Positions 17,470 to 27,512 of a DNA stretch of 64,000 bases are shown here, piece by piece (positions within the stretch are counted from its first letter, which is position 1; each line of letters starts with the position of its first letter). A model generated the notes under the pieces. The model was not told the DNA's origin. It worked only from the letters and a program-made list of their open reading frames with translations, and searched no databases. Source of the stretch: an uncultured Gammaproteobacteria bacterium (GTDB taxonomy: Bacteria > Patescibacteriota > Patescibacteriia > PEXW01). A program made the position numbers and the translations under genes. Location of the stretch: the NCBI GenBank assembly GCA_964486505.1, contig CAZAMC010000002.1:65656-129655 (forward strand). The letters run 5' to 3'.

Positions 17470-19248
17470 GTGCGGAGGGCAGCGCGCATGAAGCGAGGTA
17501 ATGTGACAGCACGCATTGTTTCCCTTGTGCTTCTCTCTGTACTCGTACCGCAGGTTGCGGGCGCCTCGGTGTTGGGTGTCAACGTGCACGCGGTGCAACG
17601 CTACGCCCCGGGGGAGTGGGCAACGCTCGAGACGCGGTTAGCAGAAACCGACGTGCGCTGGGCGCGGGAGGAGTTTTATTGGAATCGCATTGAGCCAGTT
17701 GCGGGCACCTATGCCTGGTCGGGCTACGACGAAGCCGTGGCCATGTACGCTAGACAGAGCATTGATGTCCTTGGGCTGTTGGCGTACAGCGCCACCTGGG
17801 CGAGCGCGCACCCAAACCCCGTCACGAATGATGATCGCGTTTTCTCCGTGCCCGACCTCACTGCCTGGGGGAACTTTGTTCGCGCCGTTGTCCAGCGGTA
17901 CAAGGGGAGCGTGCACGCGTGGGAAATTTGGAATGAGCCAGACGCGGCTCACTTTCTGCGACCGCAGGCTGGCAGCGCTGCGTACCTCCCCATTTTGAAA
18001 ACGGCGTACGGCGCAATTAAAGAAGTGGACCCGAGCGCCACTGTGGTAACCGGCGGAACGGCGGGTATTAATTACGCCTTTGTAAAGAACCTGTACACCC
18101 TTGGGGGCAAAGGTTTCTTTGATGTGATTGGCGTGCACGCGTACCGCACGCTCGGCGCGGACTTCCGCTCATCGCCCGAGACCTCCCGCTTTGGTTTGCA
18201 TAGCGTAGACGTAGATCTCGCTGCACTCAATGCCGTTATTGCAAAGTACGATGCGGGCCGACCGGTTTGGGTAACCGAGTTTGGGTGGCCCACGCACGCG
18301 GCCGGGGTCACTGAAGCGCAGCAAGCCGCATACTTGCAACGCGCAACGCTCCTCGCCATGACGCAGGGCGTGCAGCGGTTGTTCTGGTACGACTTCCGTA
18401 ACGATGGCACCGATGCAGGAAACCAAGAGCAGAACTTTGGCTTCTACTCGCGGGCGTGGGTAGCGAAGCCAATTGTGTCGGCGTACCGCGAAGTGCAGGA
18501 CATGGTCGGCGAAGGTACCTTTGCCCGCTGGGAACCGCTATTCACCACCCGCATCGCCGACATGCGCACAGGGACGTACCGTGCGGAGCAGTGGCAGCAG
18601 GGGGCGCTCAAGTCCACGGCCCCGGCACGGCGACTGAGCACGCAGCCCTCACCCGCGGGTGGCCAGCGTGTTGTTCTGCCTTTTGACTTCCGCAATGCGC
18701 GCGGCTCTACCTTCGCGCAGCTCACCGGCAGTTTTCCCCGCACCTACGCAAAGCAGCTCGGGTTCTGGTACTTTGGTGATGGCAATCTCAACGACCTGCG
18801 CGTGCGCCTCGTGGACAACCAGGGGGAGACCTTCCAGCTCACCGTGGGCCCGGTGGGTTCGGGTTGGCAACGCGTGGCTTTGGATTTGCGCACGCCAAGC
18901 CAGAGTATGACCTCGTGGGGAGCGCGGAAGAACAGCCGCATTGACTACCCGGTTCGGCTTCAATCTATCCTGGTGGATGCCAGCAGCAATGCGCTTTCGA
19001 AACGCGGGTCAATTTCCGTGGGACCGGTGTTCACGCTTGCACAACCTACGGCGCAGTTTGTGCGTTTTCGAACGGCCACGAACACCGTGTGGGCGGCGTG
19101 GGCAGAGGTGGCGAATACGGGCGTTACCGTCCGGGCCCCTGTTGACCGGACGTTCGAGTTGGTGCAAGCTGGGACTGCCCAGGCCGCGAGCCCCGACGCT
19201 GGCCGCCTGACGCTCACCCTCGACAAACGACCACTATTCCTACGCTAA
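17470..19248 (+). CDS. secreted glycoside hydrolase, clan GH-A (GH5/GH39-like) catalytic domain with C-terminal beta-rich domains
   Basis: signal peptide; EEFYWNRIEP, WEIWNEPD (acid/base Glu in NEP), VTEFGWPT (nucleophile Glu). Confidence 0.7.
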   Translation: MRRAARMKRGNVTARIVSLVLLSVLVPQVAGASVLGVNVHAVQRYAPGEWATLETRLAETDVRWAREEFYWNRIEPVAGTYAWSGYDEAVAMYARQSIDVLGLLAYSATWASAHPNPVTNDDRVFSVPDLTAWGNFVRAVVQRYKGSVHAWEIWNEPDAAHFLRPQAGSAAYLPILKTAYGAIKEVDPSATVVTGGTAGINYAFVKNLYTLGGKGFFDVIGVHAYRTLGADFRSSPETSRFGLHSVDVDLAALNAVIAKYDAGRPVWVTEFGWPTHAAGVTEAQQAAYLQRATLLAMTQGVQRLFWYDFRNDGTDAGNQEQNFGFYSRAWVAKPIVSAYREVQDMVGEGTFARWEPLFTTRIADMRTGTYRAEQWQQGALKSTAPARRLSTQPSPAGGQRVVLPFDFRNARGSTFAQLTGSFPRTYAKQLGFWYFGDGNLNDLRVRLVDNQGETFQLTVGPVGSGWQRVALDLRTPSQSMTSWGARKNSRIDYPVRLQSILVDASSNALSKRGSISVGPVFTLAQPTAQFVRFRTATNTVWAAWAEVANTGVTVRAPVDRTFELVQAGTAQAASPDAGRLTLTLDKRPLFLR

Positions 19249-19303
19249 ACGTAAGCTCGAGCAATTTTCTACACTTGCCCTCCCCTGAGGAGGAGATTTT
19301 CCT

Positions 19304-21073
19304 ATGACCGTAGTCGGTTCACCCATTGAAGAGATTAAAGCTCGGCTGGATATTGCCGAGGTCATTGGGGAGTACGTGCCGCTCAAGCCGAGTGGACCGG
19401 AACGATTAAAAGCTCGATGCCCCTTCCACAACGAGAAGACGCCGAGCTTCATGGTCTCGCGCGAGCGGCAGATTTACCACTGCTTCGGTTGTGGTGAGGG
19501 TGGCGACGTGCTGGCCTTTGTGCAGAAGATGGAGGGTTTAGATTTTCCTTCCACGCTCCGCCTTCTGGCAAAGAAGGCGAATGTCCCGCTCCCCAGCTAC
19601 GACCCGAAACTCACCAGTGAGCGCACGGCAATTCTGGATGCCCTCAAGCTGGCGGCTTCCTTCTACCACGAGGTGCTCCTTCGCGCGTCTGCAGCAGAAT
19701 CTGCGCGGCAGTACCTGGGTCATGAGCGCAAGCTACTGGATGAGACGATTGAACAGTTTGGGCTGGGGTACGCACCTGCCGATTGGGAGAGTTGCACGAA
19801 CGCGCTCAAGAAGAAAGGCATTACCGAAGCACGCCTGGTCGCTGCAGGGCTGGCGGTGCGGCGGGAGAAGGGGAGCGGCGTGTACGATCGGTTCCGGAAC
19901 CGGATCATGTTCCCCATCCGCGACCCCCACGGGGCAGTCATTGGTTTTGGCGGGCGGGCAATGGATGCAAACGATCCCGCCAAGTACATCAACACGCCGC
20001 AGACCCTGGTGTACAACAAGAGCACGGTTCTCTACGGCCTCGATCTGGCCAAGCACGAAATTCGCAAGCAGAAAGTAGCCGTGGTTGTGGAAGGGTACAT
20101 GGACTGCATTGCGTCGCACCAGGTCGGAGTCACGAATGTTGTTGCCTCTTCGGGCACAGCCCTCACCGAAGGGCAGGTGCTGCTGCTCAAGCGCTACGCC
20201 CCCACGACCGCGTTGGCTTTCGACATGGATCCTGCCGGTGAAACCGCGGCCAAGCGGGGGATAGCCGTGGCGTGGAAAGAAGGACTCGATGTAAAAGTCA
20301 TCAGCCTGCCGTTTGGGAAAGATCCGGACGAGTGCATCCGCCAGGAACCCGCCGCGTGGACGAGCGCCATCGGCAGCAGCCAACCCATCCTGGATTTTTA
20401 CTTCAGCCGGACTTTGGATCCGCGTGATTCCGCCAAGGTGCAGGATAAGAAAGACGCCGCAAAAATTCTGCTCCCCATCCTGGGCATGGTTGCCGATAGC
20501 ATTGAGCAGACGCACTACCTGCAGAAGCTGGCAACGTGGTTGAACGTGGACGAGCACATTCTCCGGCAGAAGCTCACCACCCCGCGGAACCGCCCGACCA
20601 CATCCAATGTACCGCCGCCCATGGTAGATCGGCGGGAGCGCCTTAGCCAGCGCCTGCTGGGCGTCCTGCAGCTGGAACCCTCGGCCTTGCCGGGCGTGGA
20701 GAACGTCATTTCGCCCGAGGCCCTGACGCAGCCCTGGCAGAACCTTTACAAATTTGTGCTGGTCCAGTATAGTAGCGACCACACCCCGAGTGCCGAAGCG
20801 TGGCGGCAATCCGCTGCGCAGGCCGATCCATCGCTCGCGGATGCCTTCGCCATCGCCTCGCTTGCGGTCAGCGACCTTACGGACGCGACCCCTGTCGAAC
20901 GCCACCGTGAAGTGCATGCCGTGGCTACGGAGCTCGCGCGGCTCTGGCTTACCCATGAGCTCCGCCAACTCACTGTAGCCCTGCAACGCGCCGAAGCATC
21001 TAAGGATGCGAAGGCCGTGCAAGAGCTTTCCAACCGCTTCACTACGCTGACCGCACAATTGCGTCAGCTCTAG
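19304..21073 (+). CDS. dnaG: DNA primase
   Basis: zinc ribbon CPFHNEKTPSFMVSRERQIYHCFGCGEGGD, TOPRIM EGYMD...D, RBS GAGGAGG. Confidence 0.95.
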   Translation: MTVVGSPIEEIKARLDIAEVIGEYVPLKPSGPERLKARCPFHNEKTPSFMVSRERQIYHCFGCGEGGDVLAFVQKMEGLDFPSTLRLLAKKANVPLPSYDPKLTSERTAILDALKLAASFYHEVLLRASAAESARQYLGHERKLLDETIEQFGLGYAPADWESCTNALKKKGITEARLVAAGLAVRREKGSGVYDRFRNRIMFPIRDPHGAVIGFGGRAMDANDPAKYINTPQTLVYNKSTVLYGLDLAKHEIRKQKVAVVVEGYMDCIASHQVGVTNVVASSGTALTEGQVLLLKRYAPTTALAFDMDPAGETAAKRGIAVAWKEGLDVKVISLPFGKDPDECIRQEPAAWTSAIGSSQPILDFYFSRTLDPRDSAKVQDKKDAAKILLPILGMVADSIEQTHYLQKLATWLNVDEHILRQKLTTPRNRPTTSNVPPPMVDRRERLSQRLLGVLQLEPSALPGVENVISPEALTQPWQNLYKFVLVQYSSDHTPSAEAWRQSAAQADPSLADAFAIASLAVSDLTDATPVERHREVHAVATELARLWLTHELRQLTVALQRAEASKDAKAVQELSNRFTTLTAQLRQL

Positions 21074-21109
21074 CGTTGCTGGGTTCGGTACACACTCTGG
21101 CCGGAGATT

Positions 21110-22351
21110 TTGCCCATGCCTCCAAAAAAGATCGCCAAGAAGTCGGCTTCGTCTGCCCGACGAAGTGAGAAGTCGAGCGCCAAGAAAGCTCGGCCCTCCA
21201 AAGCCCGCAAGGTCCTCAAGCGAGCCGCCCCCCGTTCCGCCCGGGCGTCCTTTACCTTTCCCCAGGATACGGCGGAGCTCATGCTGAAGAAAGCGAAGCA
21301 GCGCAGCTTCATTACGGAAGGCGAGCTCATGTACGCTTTCCCCGACCTCGAAGAGTACCTACCCGAAGTGGAAGACTTCCTCGCCCGACTGGAGCTCTTG
21401 GGTTTGCGCGTGGTGGAGAACACCAACATTTTGGGCAACGTGGACGAAGCGCCCCCGCCCATGACCAAGAAAGAGAAGAAAGCCAAGGAAAAGGAACTGG
21501 ACATGAGCCGCTTAGACCTCTCGGACATCTCGGGCGACTCCATTCAAATGTACCTACGGGAAATCGGTAAAGTGCCGTTGCTCCGGCCGGGGGAGGAAAT
21601 TGCCCTGGCGAAGCGCAAAGAGGCGGGCGATGTGGAAGCCGAGAAGAAGCTGGTGGAGGCAAACTTGCGTTTGGTCGTCTCGATTGCGAAGAAGTTCACT
21701 GGCCGTTCGCTCTCCTTACTGGACCTCATCCAGGAGGGCAACATTGGCTTGTTCCGCGCCGTAGAAAAGTTTGACTACCGCAAGGGCTACAAGTTCTCCA
21801 CCTACGCCACGTGGTGGATCCGCCAGGCGATTACCCGGGCCCTTGCCGACCAATCCCGCACCATCCGCATTCCCGTGCACATGGTGGAGACCATCAACAA
21901 GTTCCAGCAAATCGAGCGTCAGCTCATCCAGGATTTGGGTCGCGAACCGTTGCCCGAAGAAATTGCCGCGGAAATGGGGGAGACGGTAGAGAAGATTCAC
22001 CACATCATTAAAATTTCCCAGGAAACCGTGTCGCTAGAAACGAGCGTCGGTGAGGATGATGAAGACTCAACGTTGGGCGACTTCATTGAAGACCAGAAGA
22101 CCATCAGCCCCGACCGAGCCGCGGCCATGCAGCTGCTGAAAGATCACGTGCGGGATATTCTGGATACGCTGTCCCCGCGCGAGCAGAAGATTTTGGAAAT
22201 GCGGTTCGGCTTGCACGACGGTGTGGCCCACACCCTGGAAGAAGTGGGCCAGGAGTTTGGCGTCACCCGCGAGCGCATTCGGCAAATTGAAGCCAAAGCC
22301 TTGGAGCGCATCAAGGAGCATGAGGTGATGAAGAAGCTGAAGGATTACTAA
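21110..22351 (+). CDS. rpoD: RNA polymerase primary sigma factor (sigma-70) with Lys/Ala-rich N-terminal extension
   Basis: regions 1.2-4.2 including [13 protein letters not shown] and the region-4.2 [30 protein letters not shown]; follows dnaG as in the classical macromolecular-synthesis operon. Confidence 0.95.
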   Translation: MPMPPKKIAKKSASSARRSEKSSAKKARPSKARKVLKRAAPRSARASFTFPQDTAELMLKKAKQRSFITEGELMYAFPDLEEYLPEVEDFLARLELLGLRVVENTNILGNVDEAPPPMTKKEKKAKEKELDMSRLDLSDISGDSIQMYLREIGKVPLLRPGEEIALAKRKEAGDVEAEKKLVEANLRLVVSIAKKFTGRSLSLLDLIQEGNIGLFRAVEKFDYRKGYKFSTYATWWIRQAITRALADQSRTIRIPVHMVETINKFQQIERQLIQDLGREPLPEEIAAEMGETVEKIHHIIKISQETVSLETSVGEDDEDSTLGDFIEDQKTISPDRAAAMQLLKDHVRDILDTLSPREQKILEMRFGLHDGVAHTLEEVGQEFGVTRERIRQIEAKALERIKEHEVMKKLKDY

Positions 22352-22415
22352 TCCTCTTGCGCAGCTGAACGTATTCCTTTACATTGAAACACCGTAAAAA
22401 CGCGATGCTGGCTTT

Positions 22416-22490
22416 TCCGGGGTAGCTCAGTGGTAGAGCAGGCGGCTGTTAACCGCTTGGTCGCAGGTTCGAATCCTGTCCCCGGAGCCA
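22416..22490 (+). tRNA. tRNA-Asn (anticodon GUU), canonical, encoded CCA
   Basis: TCCGGGG acceptor, D-arm GCTCAGTGGTAGAGC, anticodon loop CTGTTAA, T-loop TTCGAAT. Confidence 0.9.
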
Positions 22491-22670
22491 ACACCGCGTT
22501 TTTACATACCGGGTAGCGAATCACCGCGGATGGCGGGACCCCGCTTCGCGGTGGGTGGGCCCGAAGGGCGGGTGCGACCCATCGGAAGCACCCGGGAAAG
22601 AGCAGGCGGCCACTCCGGAGAAATATCGAAAATCATCGTATGCCAGGGAAACGTGCTGTACACTACACGC

Positions 22671-22979
22671 ATGGCTAGCACAACACTTTCACAGGGGACA
22701 GCCCATACAATCCCAGCCGATGTCCGGAAGGCGCTGCTGCCTGATGCACGGGCCCGTGCAGCCTGGGAGGATCTCACACCGCTCGCGCGTAACGAGTGGA
22801 TTTGTTGGGTAACGTTTGTAAAAAAGGCCGAAACCAGAACCGAGCATGTGCGGCGAATGGTGCGTGAACTCAAGCAAGGGAAGCGTCGCCCGTGCTGCTG
22901 GTTAGGTTGCACGCACCGTACAGATAAGGTAGTAAGCCCCTCAGTTCAGGCGATACTTGCCCGGCGAACAAAAAAATAG
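22671..22979 (+). CDS. YdeI/OmpD-associated family small protein (trimmed from track ORF 22530)
   Basis: KALLPDARARAAWEDLTPLARNEWICWVTFVKKAETRTEHVRRMVRELKQGKRRPCCW matches YdeI-like family. Confidence 0.55.
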   Translation: MASTTLSQGTAHTIPADVRKALLPDARARAAWEDLTPLARNEWICWVTFVKKAETRTEHVRRMVRELKQGKRRPCCWLGCTHRTDKVVSPSVQAILARRTKK

Positions 22980-23079
22980 GGGCAAGTACAGTAACCGGAT
23001 GATCAGCAGGCTCGCGAAGGAGGCAGAACGGTAGAGAGAGTGCTCACTCGCGCGGCCCCTGTGCAAAGGTCGGGAGCCC

Positions 23080-24282
23080 CTAGCGAGTCTCGGTCTCTAT
23101 TCGCTGCCGAATTTCCTGGAGGGGCGTGGAGAGCAACGGGAGAACAATGAGAATCGAGGCCACCGCTATGCCGAGCGCCACCGTGTAGAGTACATTGCCG
23201 GTAAGCTGTGTTGAGAGCACGAGTGCCAGGAGGGTCGCGCCTGCTTGCACGGCCCAGACAAGCGCCGAGAAGTTTTCGGTATTGTCTTTGGTCGTTACAT
23301 CACCCACCAGAGCGAAGGTAATGGTGCGGGAGATGCCAAAGTTTAATGCCAGGATGGTAACACCTGCAACCAGCAGGATTGGGGAATGGGCAAACATGGT
23401 CACGAGCAGCCCCGCAACACTTAAGGCGAGCATGAGCCATGTCCAGCCCCGGCGCCCAGTTTGGTCTGAGCGCTTCCCCACCAGGTACGAGAACAGAATT
23501 GGTGAAATGTAGAAGAGGGCAATAAGCGGCCCCACCGCTGTCACGCCAATGATGTCAACAATCTTCAGGGGGATGATGCCCACTACTAAACCCTGGATGA
23601 AGTTGAAGGCGAGCCACAGCATGCTGTAGCGAACGGCCGTTTGGCTGCGGAGCATCCTTTTCATGCTGCCACGGGTGGCGGCCTCACCCCGAACGTCGTG
23701 CAGCTTCCAGAAGCATGCGCCGCCGAGAGCGATGACGACTGCGTAGAGGGTGAAGGCGCTTTCCGATCCCAGGCGCGGAATGAGCAACCCCATGAGCAGA
23801 ACGCCCAAGCCGGCGCCAATGGCAAAGTTCGTTCCGAAGAATCCTGCATTCTTGCCGTATTGCCCTTCACCACTGACACGGACGAGGTAACTGTTCTGGG
23901 CGGTCCAGAGTACGCCCGCGGCGGCGCCGAGTACGATGGAGAGACCGTAGATGAACGCCGGTTGTTTGCTCAGTAAACCGACACAGTAGAGAGCATACGC
24001 TCCAAAGGTGAGGAGCATGCTGCGCCGGCTCCCCATGCGGTTAATGATGAGGGGGCTGAGTGGGTTGACCAGCATGAACGCCGCGTAGATGAGGACGAGC
24101 GAGGTAAACCCCACATGGGTTGCCTGGGCATCTTGGAAAAAAATGGTGACGTACTGCTGCACGCCGTCAAAGCCAAAGAACATGAGCAAGAAGCCGAAGC
24201 TGAGCCAGCGCACGTCTTTGGAGAGTGCTTGTTCCATAACGTACTTGTAGTATACATGGTCGGGCAATAGTCTCTGGAGCAT
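23080..24282 (-). CDS. MFS transporter (12 TM)
   Basis: two 6-TM halves, GxLaDRxGrR-like motif VGKRSDQTGRRGW. Confidence 0.8.
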   Translation of the reverse strand: MLQRLLPDHVYYKYVMEQALSKDVRWLSFGFLLMFFGFDGVQQYVTIFFQDAQATHVGFTSLVLIYAAFMLVNPLSPLIINRMGSRRSMLLTFGAYALYCVGLLSKQPAFIYGLSIVLGAAAGVLWTAQNSYLVRVSGEGQYGKNAGFFGTNFAIGAGLGVLLMGLLIPRLGSESAFTLYAVVIALGGACFWKLHDVRGEAATRGSMKRMLRSQTAVRYSMLWLAFNFIQGLVVGIIPLKIVDIIGVTAVGPLIALFYISPILFSYLVGKRSDQTGRRGWTWLMLALSVAGLLVTMFAHSPILLVAGVTILALNFGISRTITFALVGDVTTKDNTENFSALVWAVQAGATLLALVLSTQLTGNVLYTVALGIAVASILIVLPLLSTPLQEIRQRIETETR

Positions 24283-24322
24283 AAACTGCTATACTGCGGG
24301 CATAGTTTTAATACTCAACCCT

Positions 24323-26146
24323 ATGCGCCTACGCCTTTCCTTGGTAGTGGTCGGTCTCGCCCTTGCCGGGTTTGCGTTGCCCAACCCCGCCAGCGCCGCC
24401 GTAGAAACCCTGGGCACCTACGATACCCCGGGCCAAGCCTACGGGGTGGCCATATCTGGTACCTATGCCTACGTTGTGGACATTGGCGTGGGCCTGCATG
24501 TTGTGGATATTTCCAATCCCGCCGCCCCAACACTGGCGGCAACCTACGCCAATACCAGCGCGAATCGGCTGGCGCTCTACGGAAACCGCGTGTACGTCAC
24601 AGGTACGAATACCCTGGAAATCATTGACATCACCACGCCGACGAACCCCGTGTTATTAGGGTCTTACACCAATTCGAATTTCTACATGGGGCAAATTGCT
24701 ACCGATGGAAGCACCGCGTACATCCTCGGCTACGTCATGGGGACAGTTAACCCAACGCAATTCCAGCTGGCAGCTGTTGACGTTCGGACACCGGCAAGCC
24801 CAACACTTCTCAATATGGTAAATACCAACGGCGGCGCCGATGTCACTGTGGCGAATGGGTTTATTTACACTGTTCACGACCACACGTTCACCATTTGGAA
24901 TAGCTCGTTGGTTACGGTAGGCAGTTTCACCGACCCGAGCACGAGCACGGTGTCGCCGTACTACCTGGGCGTTGCCGTTTCTGGCACCACTGCTGTTGTG
25001 AATGACACGACCTTTGGCTTTCACGTCTTCGACATTACCAACCCCGCTGCGCCCACCCGGTCATCGAATGTCAGTCTCGGCTTCGGCCAGACGGTGGTTC
25101 TGTCTGGAACCACGGCCTATGCTGGGGGCTTGGGCGGAATTTCCGTGATTAACGTGGCTACGCCCTCTGCGCCCACGCTGCTCGGGAAATCTGGCGGGAC
25201 GTTGAATGTTATAGATGTTACTGTCTCGGGTTCCATTGCCGCGGTAGCCGCTTTGGAGACTGGTGTGCGATTCTACAATGTCGCCCAGCCGGATAGCACC
25301 GGCCCCGTATTTAGTTTTGACAGCGGTACGGGAACTTCACACACCCTGAAGCCAGGCGCGGCATTCTCCGACAAAGCATCGGTTACAGACAACCTGGATG
25401 GCGCGATGACTACGTACACCAAAACTGGAACAGTGAATCGCAACCGGGTAGGGAAGTACACCCTCACCTACAAAGCCACCGATTCACTGGGGAATATCAC
25501 CACCACTGTCCGAACAATCTTCGTGCTGCCGACCGCCGAGCAGCTCAAGCTCACGAAGGGCGCATACACGCTTACCGTTGGGAAGAAGCGCGTCACGCTC
25601 CGTCCCTTCCCGGGGTACAGCGGCAACATCACGGCGCGCAAACTGGTTGTCCGCACAAAAGCTGATCCCTACTACATGTTCATCTCGACGAGCGCGACAA
25701 AGGCTCCCGCCATCGTGCTGTACGACGCCACTGGCAAACTGGTAAAGCGCCAGAGCTTGGCGACCGTTTCTACCGGCGGTCTTAACCTGCAATTGGCGGT
25801 GAATCCCGCAACATCCACGGTCCTTATCAGCGTGTCACCGAAGAAGAGTAGCCTCACCGCAACGCTCTACAGCATTGGGAAGAACGGGTTGGGGAGCCTT
25901 GGAAAAGTAAAGGCAACAACTGGAACGGGGACGCTCATCCAGAAATTCCTCCAGGTGTACGCCAACGAGTATGCCCTAGTAACCAAAGTGAGCGGTAATG
26001 AAGCCACCGAGCCAAAAATTTGGCGGTACTCACCATCGAAGAAAGTCTTTGCACAGGAAAAGAGCCTTCCAGTGTCCCTAGTGCTGACGTGGACCAAGAC
26101 CGATGTGAAGTTGCGAAGCGTTGTGGGTGGGCCACTGGGAACCTAA
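24323..26146 (+). CDS. secreted LVIVD-repeat beta-propeller protein with C-terminal Ig-like (DUF5011-type) domains
   Basis: signal peptide, repeated YAYVVDIGVGLHVVDISNPAAP / LEIIDITTPTNP / FHVFDITNPAAP units. Confidence 0.75.
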   Translation: MRLRLSLVVVGLALAGFALPNPASAAVETLGTYDTPGQAYGVAISGTYAYVVDIGVGLHVVDISNPAAPTLAATYANTSANRLALYGNRVYVTGTNTLEIIDITTPTNPVLLGSYTNSNFYMGQIATDGSTAYILGYVMGTVNPTQFQLAAVDVRTPASPTLLNMVNTNGGADVTVANGFIYTVHDHTFTIWNSSLVTVGSFTDPSTSTVSPYYLGVAVSGTTAVVNDTTFGFHVFDITNPAAPTRSSNVSLGFGQTVVLSGTTAYAGGLGGISVINVATPSAPTLLGKSGGTLNVIDVTVSGSIAAVAALETGVRFYNVAQPDSTGPVFSFDSGTGTSHTLKPGAAFSDKASVTDNLDGAMTTYTKTGTVNRNRVGKYTLTYKATDSLGNITTTVRTIFVLPTAEQLKLTKGAYTLTVGKKRVTLRPFPGYSGNITARKLVVRTKADPYYMFISTSATKAPAIVLYDATGKLVKRQSLATVSTGGLNLQLAVNPATSTVLISVSPKKSSLTATLYSIGKNGLGSLGKVKATTGTGTLIQKFLQVYANEYALVTKVSGNEATEPKIWRYSPSKKVFAQEKSLPVSLVLTWTKTDVKLRSVVGGPLGT

Positions 26147-26266
26147 AGTATTTGACGGCGTTGGCAGAGCAGAGTAGGCTGGCTGCATGCAGCACTGCCT
26201 CGCCAATAATAATTGCCGAAACACCTAATCGCCCTTGGCGTGCGCTGTGTGCTGCAAGAAAGTCGC

Positions 26267-26292
26267 TCCCGCCAAGCCGGCGGGTGTTTTGT
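26267..26292 (+). terminator. terminator-like hairpin directly upstream of tRNA-Asn copy 2
   Basis: cccgcc-aagcc-ggcggg followed by TGTTTTGT. Confidence 0.45.
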
Positions 26293-26294
26293 AT

Positions 26295-26370
26295 TCCGGG
26301 GTAGTTGAGTTGGCACAACGCCGCGCTGTTAACGCGGATACCGCAGGTTCGAGTCCTGCCCCCGGAGCCA
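26295..26370 (+). tRNA. second, divergent tRNA-Asn (anticodon GUU): same acceptor stem as 22416 copy but different D-arm, anticodon stem and T-loop
   Basis: TCCGGGG-TA-GTTG-AGTTGGCA-CAAC-G-CCGCG-CTGTTAA-CGCGG-ATACC-GCAGG-TTCGAGT-CCTGC-CCCCGGA-G-CCA folds as canonical cloverleaf. Confidence 0.8.
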
Positions 26371-26535
26371 AATCTTTTCCCGCTCCACATGTCTGGCCCC
26401 CATGATTTTTGCCTGCACTTTGTGTTGGGCTCCATATCGTGGTGTGGGTTTCTTCGTGCACGCTACGTCTTGACACGACCCATTTTTTTCGTTAGCGTTG
26501 GCGGAAGCGTAGAAAATAAAAGTAAAGGAACCAAT

Positions 26536-26703
26536 ATGTCTAAGGCATTGCTGTTTGGTATGCTCGCCGGATTTAGTGTGTACCTCATCTCGACTTTTGC
26601 AGGATTGAAAACGCACATTGGGGGTGATCTCATGGCGGCCGCATACGCCGCGGCTGCTATTGCGACGAGTGAGGAGCGGAAGCGGCACCACCCTTTTCGG
26701 TGA
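26536..26703 (+). CDS. 55-aa small membrane protein
   Basis: AAAGGAAccaatATG RBS; one TM helix; part of track ORF 26305..26703 whose 5' portion overlaps the tRNA. Confidence 0.4.
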   Translation: MSKALLFGMLAGFSVYLISTFAGLKTHIGGDLMAAAYAAAAIATSEERKRHHPFR

Positions 26704-26805
26704 GATGTTCTGTTAGTAGGCCCTGTGGAAATGCGGGGCCTTTTCGTTGTAGACGCCTGCCGGCCTGCTCGCTACAATAGAGCCATACCATTAACTCCTA
26801 CGCGT

Positions 26806-27450
26806 ATGCGAAAATTTTTCGGTCTTGTGGTCATTCTCGTTGGCATTGGCTTCCTGCTCCAGCAATTTGAGGTGTCGTGGGCAGATAATCTCATTGCCAC
26901 GTGGTGGCCGCTGCTCATCATTGCCATTGGTCTCATGTCGTGGCGCTCTAACCCGCGCATCTGGTTTGGGCCGGCGATCATTATCTTGGTGGGCCTGGCA
27001 TTGCTCTTGGACACCTTGGACTTCATGACCACGTCAGCCTGGAACTACTTCTGGCCAATTATCATTATCCTCGTGGGCGGCCGGATGCTCATGCGTAAAC
27101 CCTGGCCGGGCGACCAGCAGGAAACCTCTAGCACGCCCAGCGCGAACGTCATGTTCAGTGGCCTGGACCGCAAGCTCACGGGGACGTTTACGAAAGGGGA
27201 TGTGTCGGCTTGGTTTGGGGGTGTGAAACTCGACTTCTCCAGCGCGCAGGTCCAGCCGAATGCTGTGCTCAACGTGTTTGCGGCCTTCGGCGGCATTGAA
27301 CTGGTCGTGCCCCGAAACGTAAAGGTCGTCACGAAAGTCACGCCCTTATTCGGCGGCGCCGAAGACAAGTCCCATCCTGACACTGGCGCAACGACCACGC
27401 TGGTGGTAAGTGGGACAGCGCTGTTTGGCGGCGTGAGCGTGAAGAACTAA
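26806..27450 (+). CDS. LiaF-like cell-envelope stress protein (N-terminal TM helices + C-terminal DUF2154 beta domain)
   Basis: MRKFFGLVVILVGIGFLLQQ... then repeated GGxxL/V beta-strand motifs (FGGIELVVPRNVKVV...LFGGVSVKN); TACAAT -10 box 28 nt upstream. Confidence 0.6.
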   Translation: MRKFFGLVVILVGIGFLLQQFEVSWADNLIATWWPLLIIAIGLMSWRSNPRIWFGPAIIILVGLALLLDTLDFMTTSAWNYFWPIIIILVGGRMLMRKPWPGDQQETSSTPSANVMFSGLDRKLTGTFTKGDVSAWFGGVKLDFSSAQVQPNAVLNVFAAFGGIELVVPRNVKVVTKVTPLFGGAEDKSHPDTGATTTLVVSGTALFGGVSVKN

Positions 27451-27467
27451 ATCTCTCACCAATGAGG

Positions 27468-27500
27468 AATAGCCTGTCATAGTATGACAGGCTATTTTCA
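27468..27500. terminator. bidirectional terminator between convergent LiaF-like and SPFH genes
   Basis: aatagcctgtcat-agta-atgacaggctatt perfect 13-bp stem then TTTTCA. Confidence 0.85.
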
Positions 27501-27512
27501 TGTGCAGTTGTT

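Noticed and set aside
19733-21058. 441-aa - strand ORF inside dnaG
   Set aside because: Antisense to DNA primase; Arg/Gly-rich junk translation.
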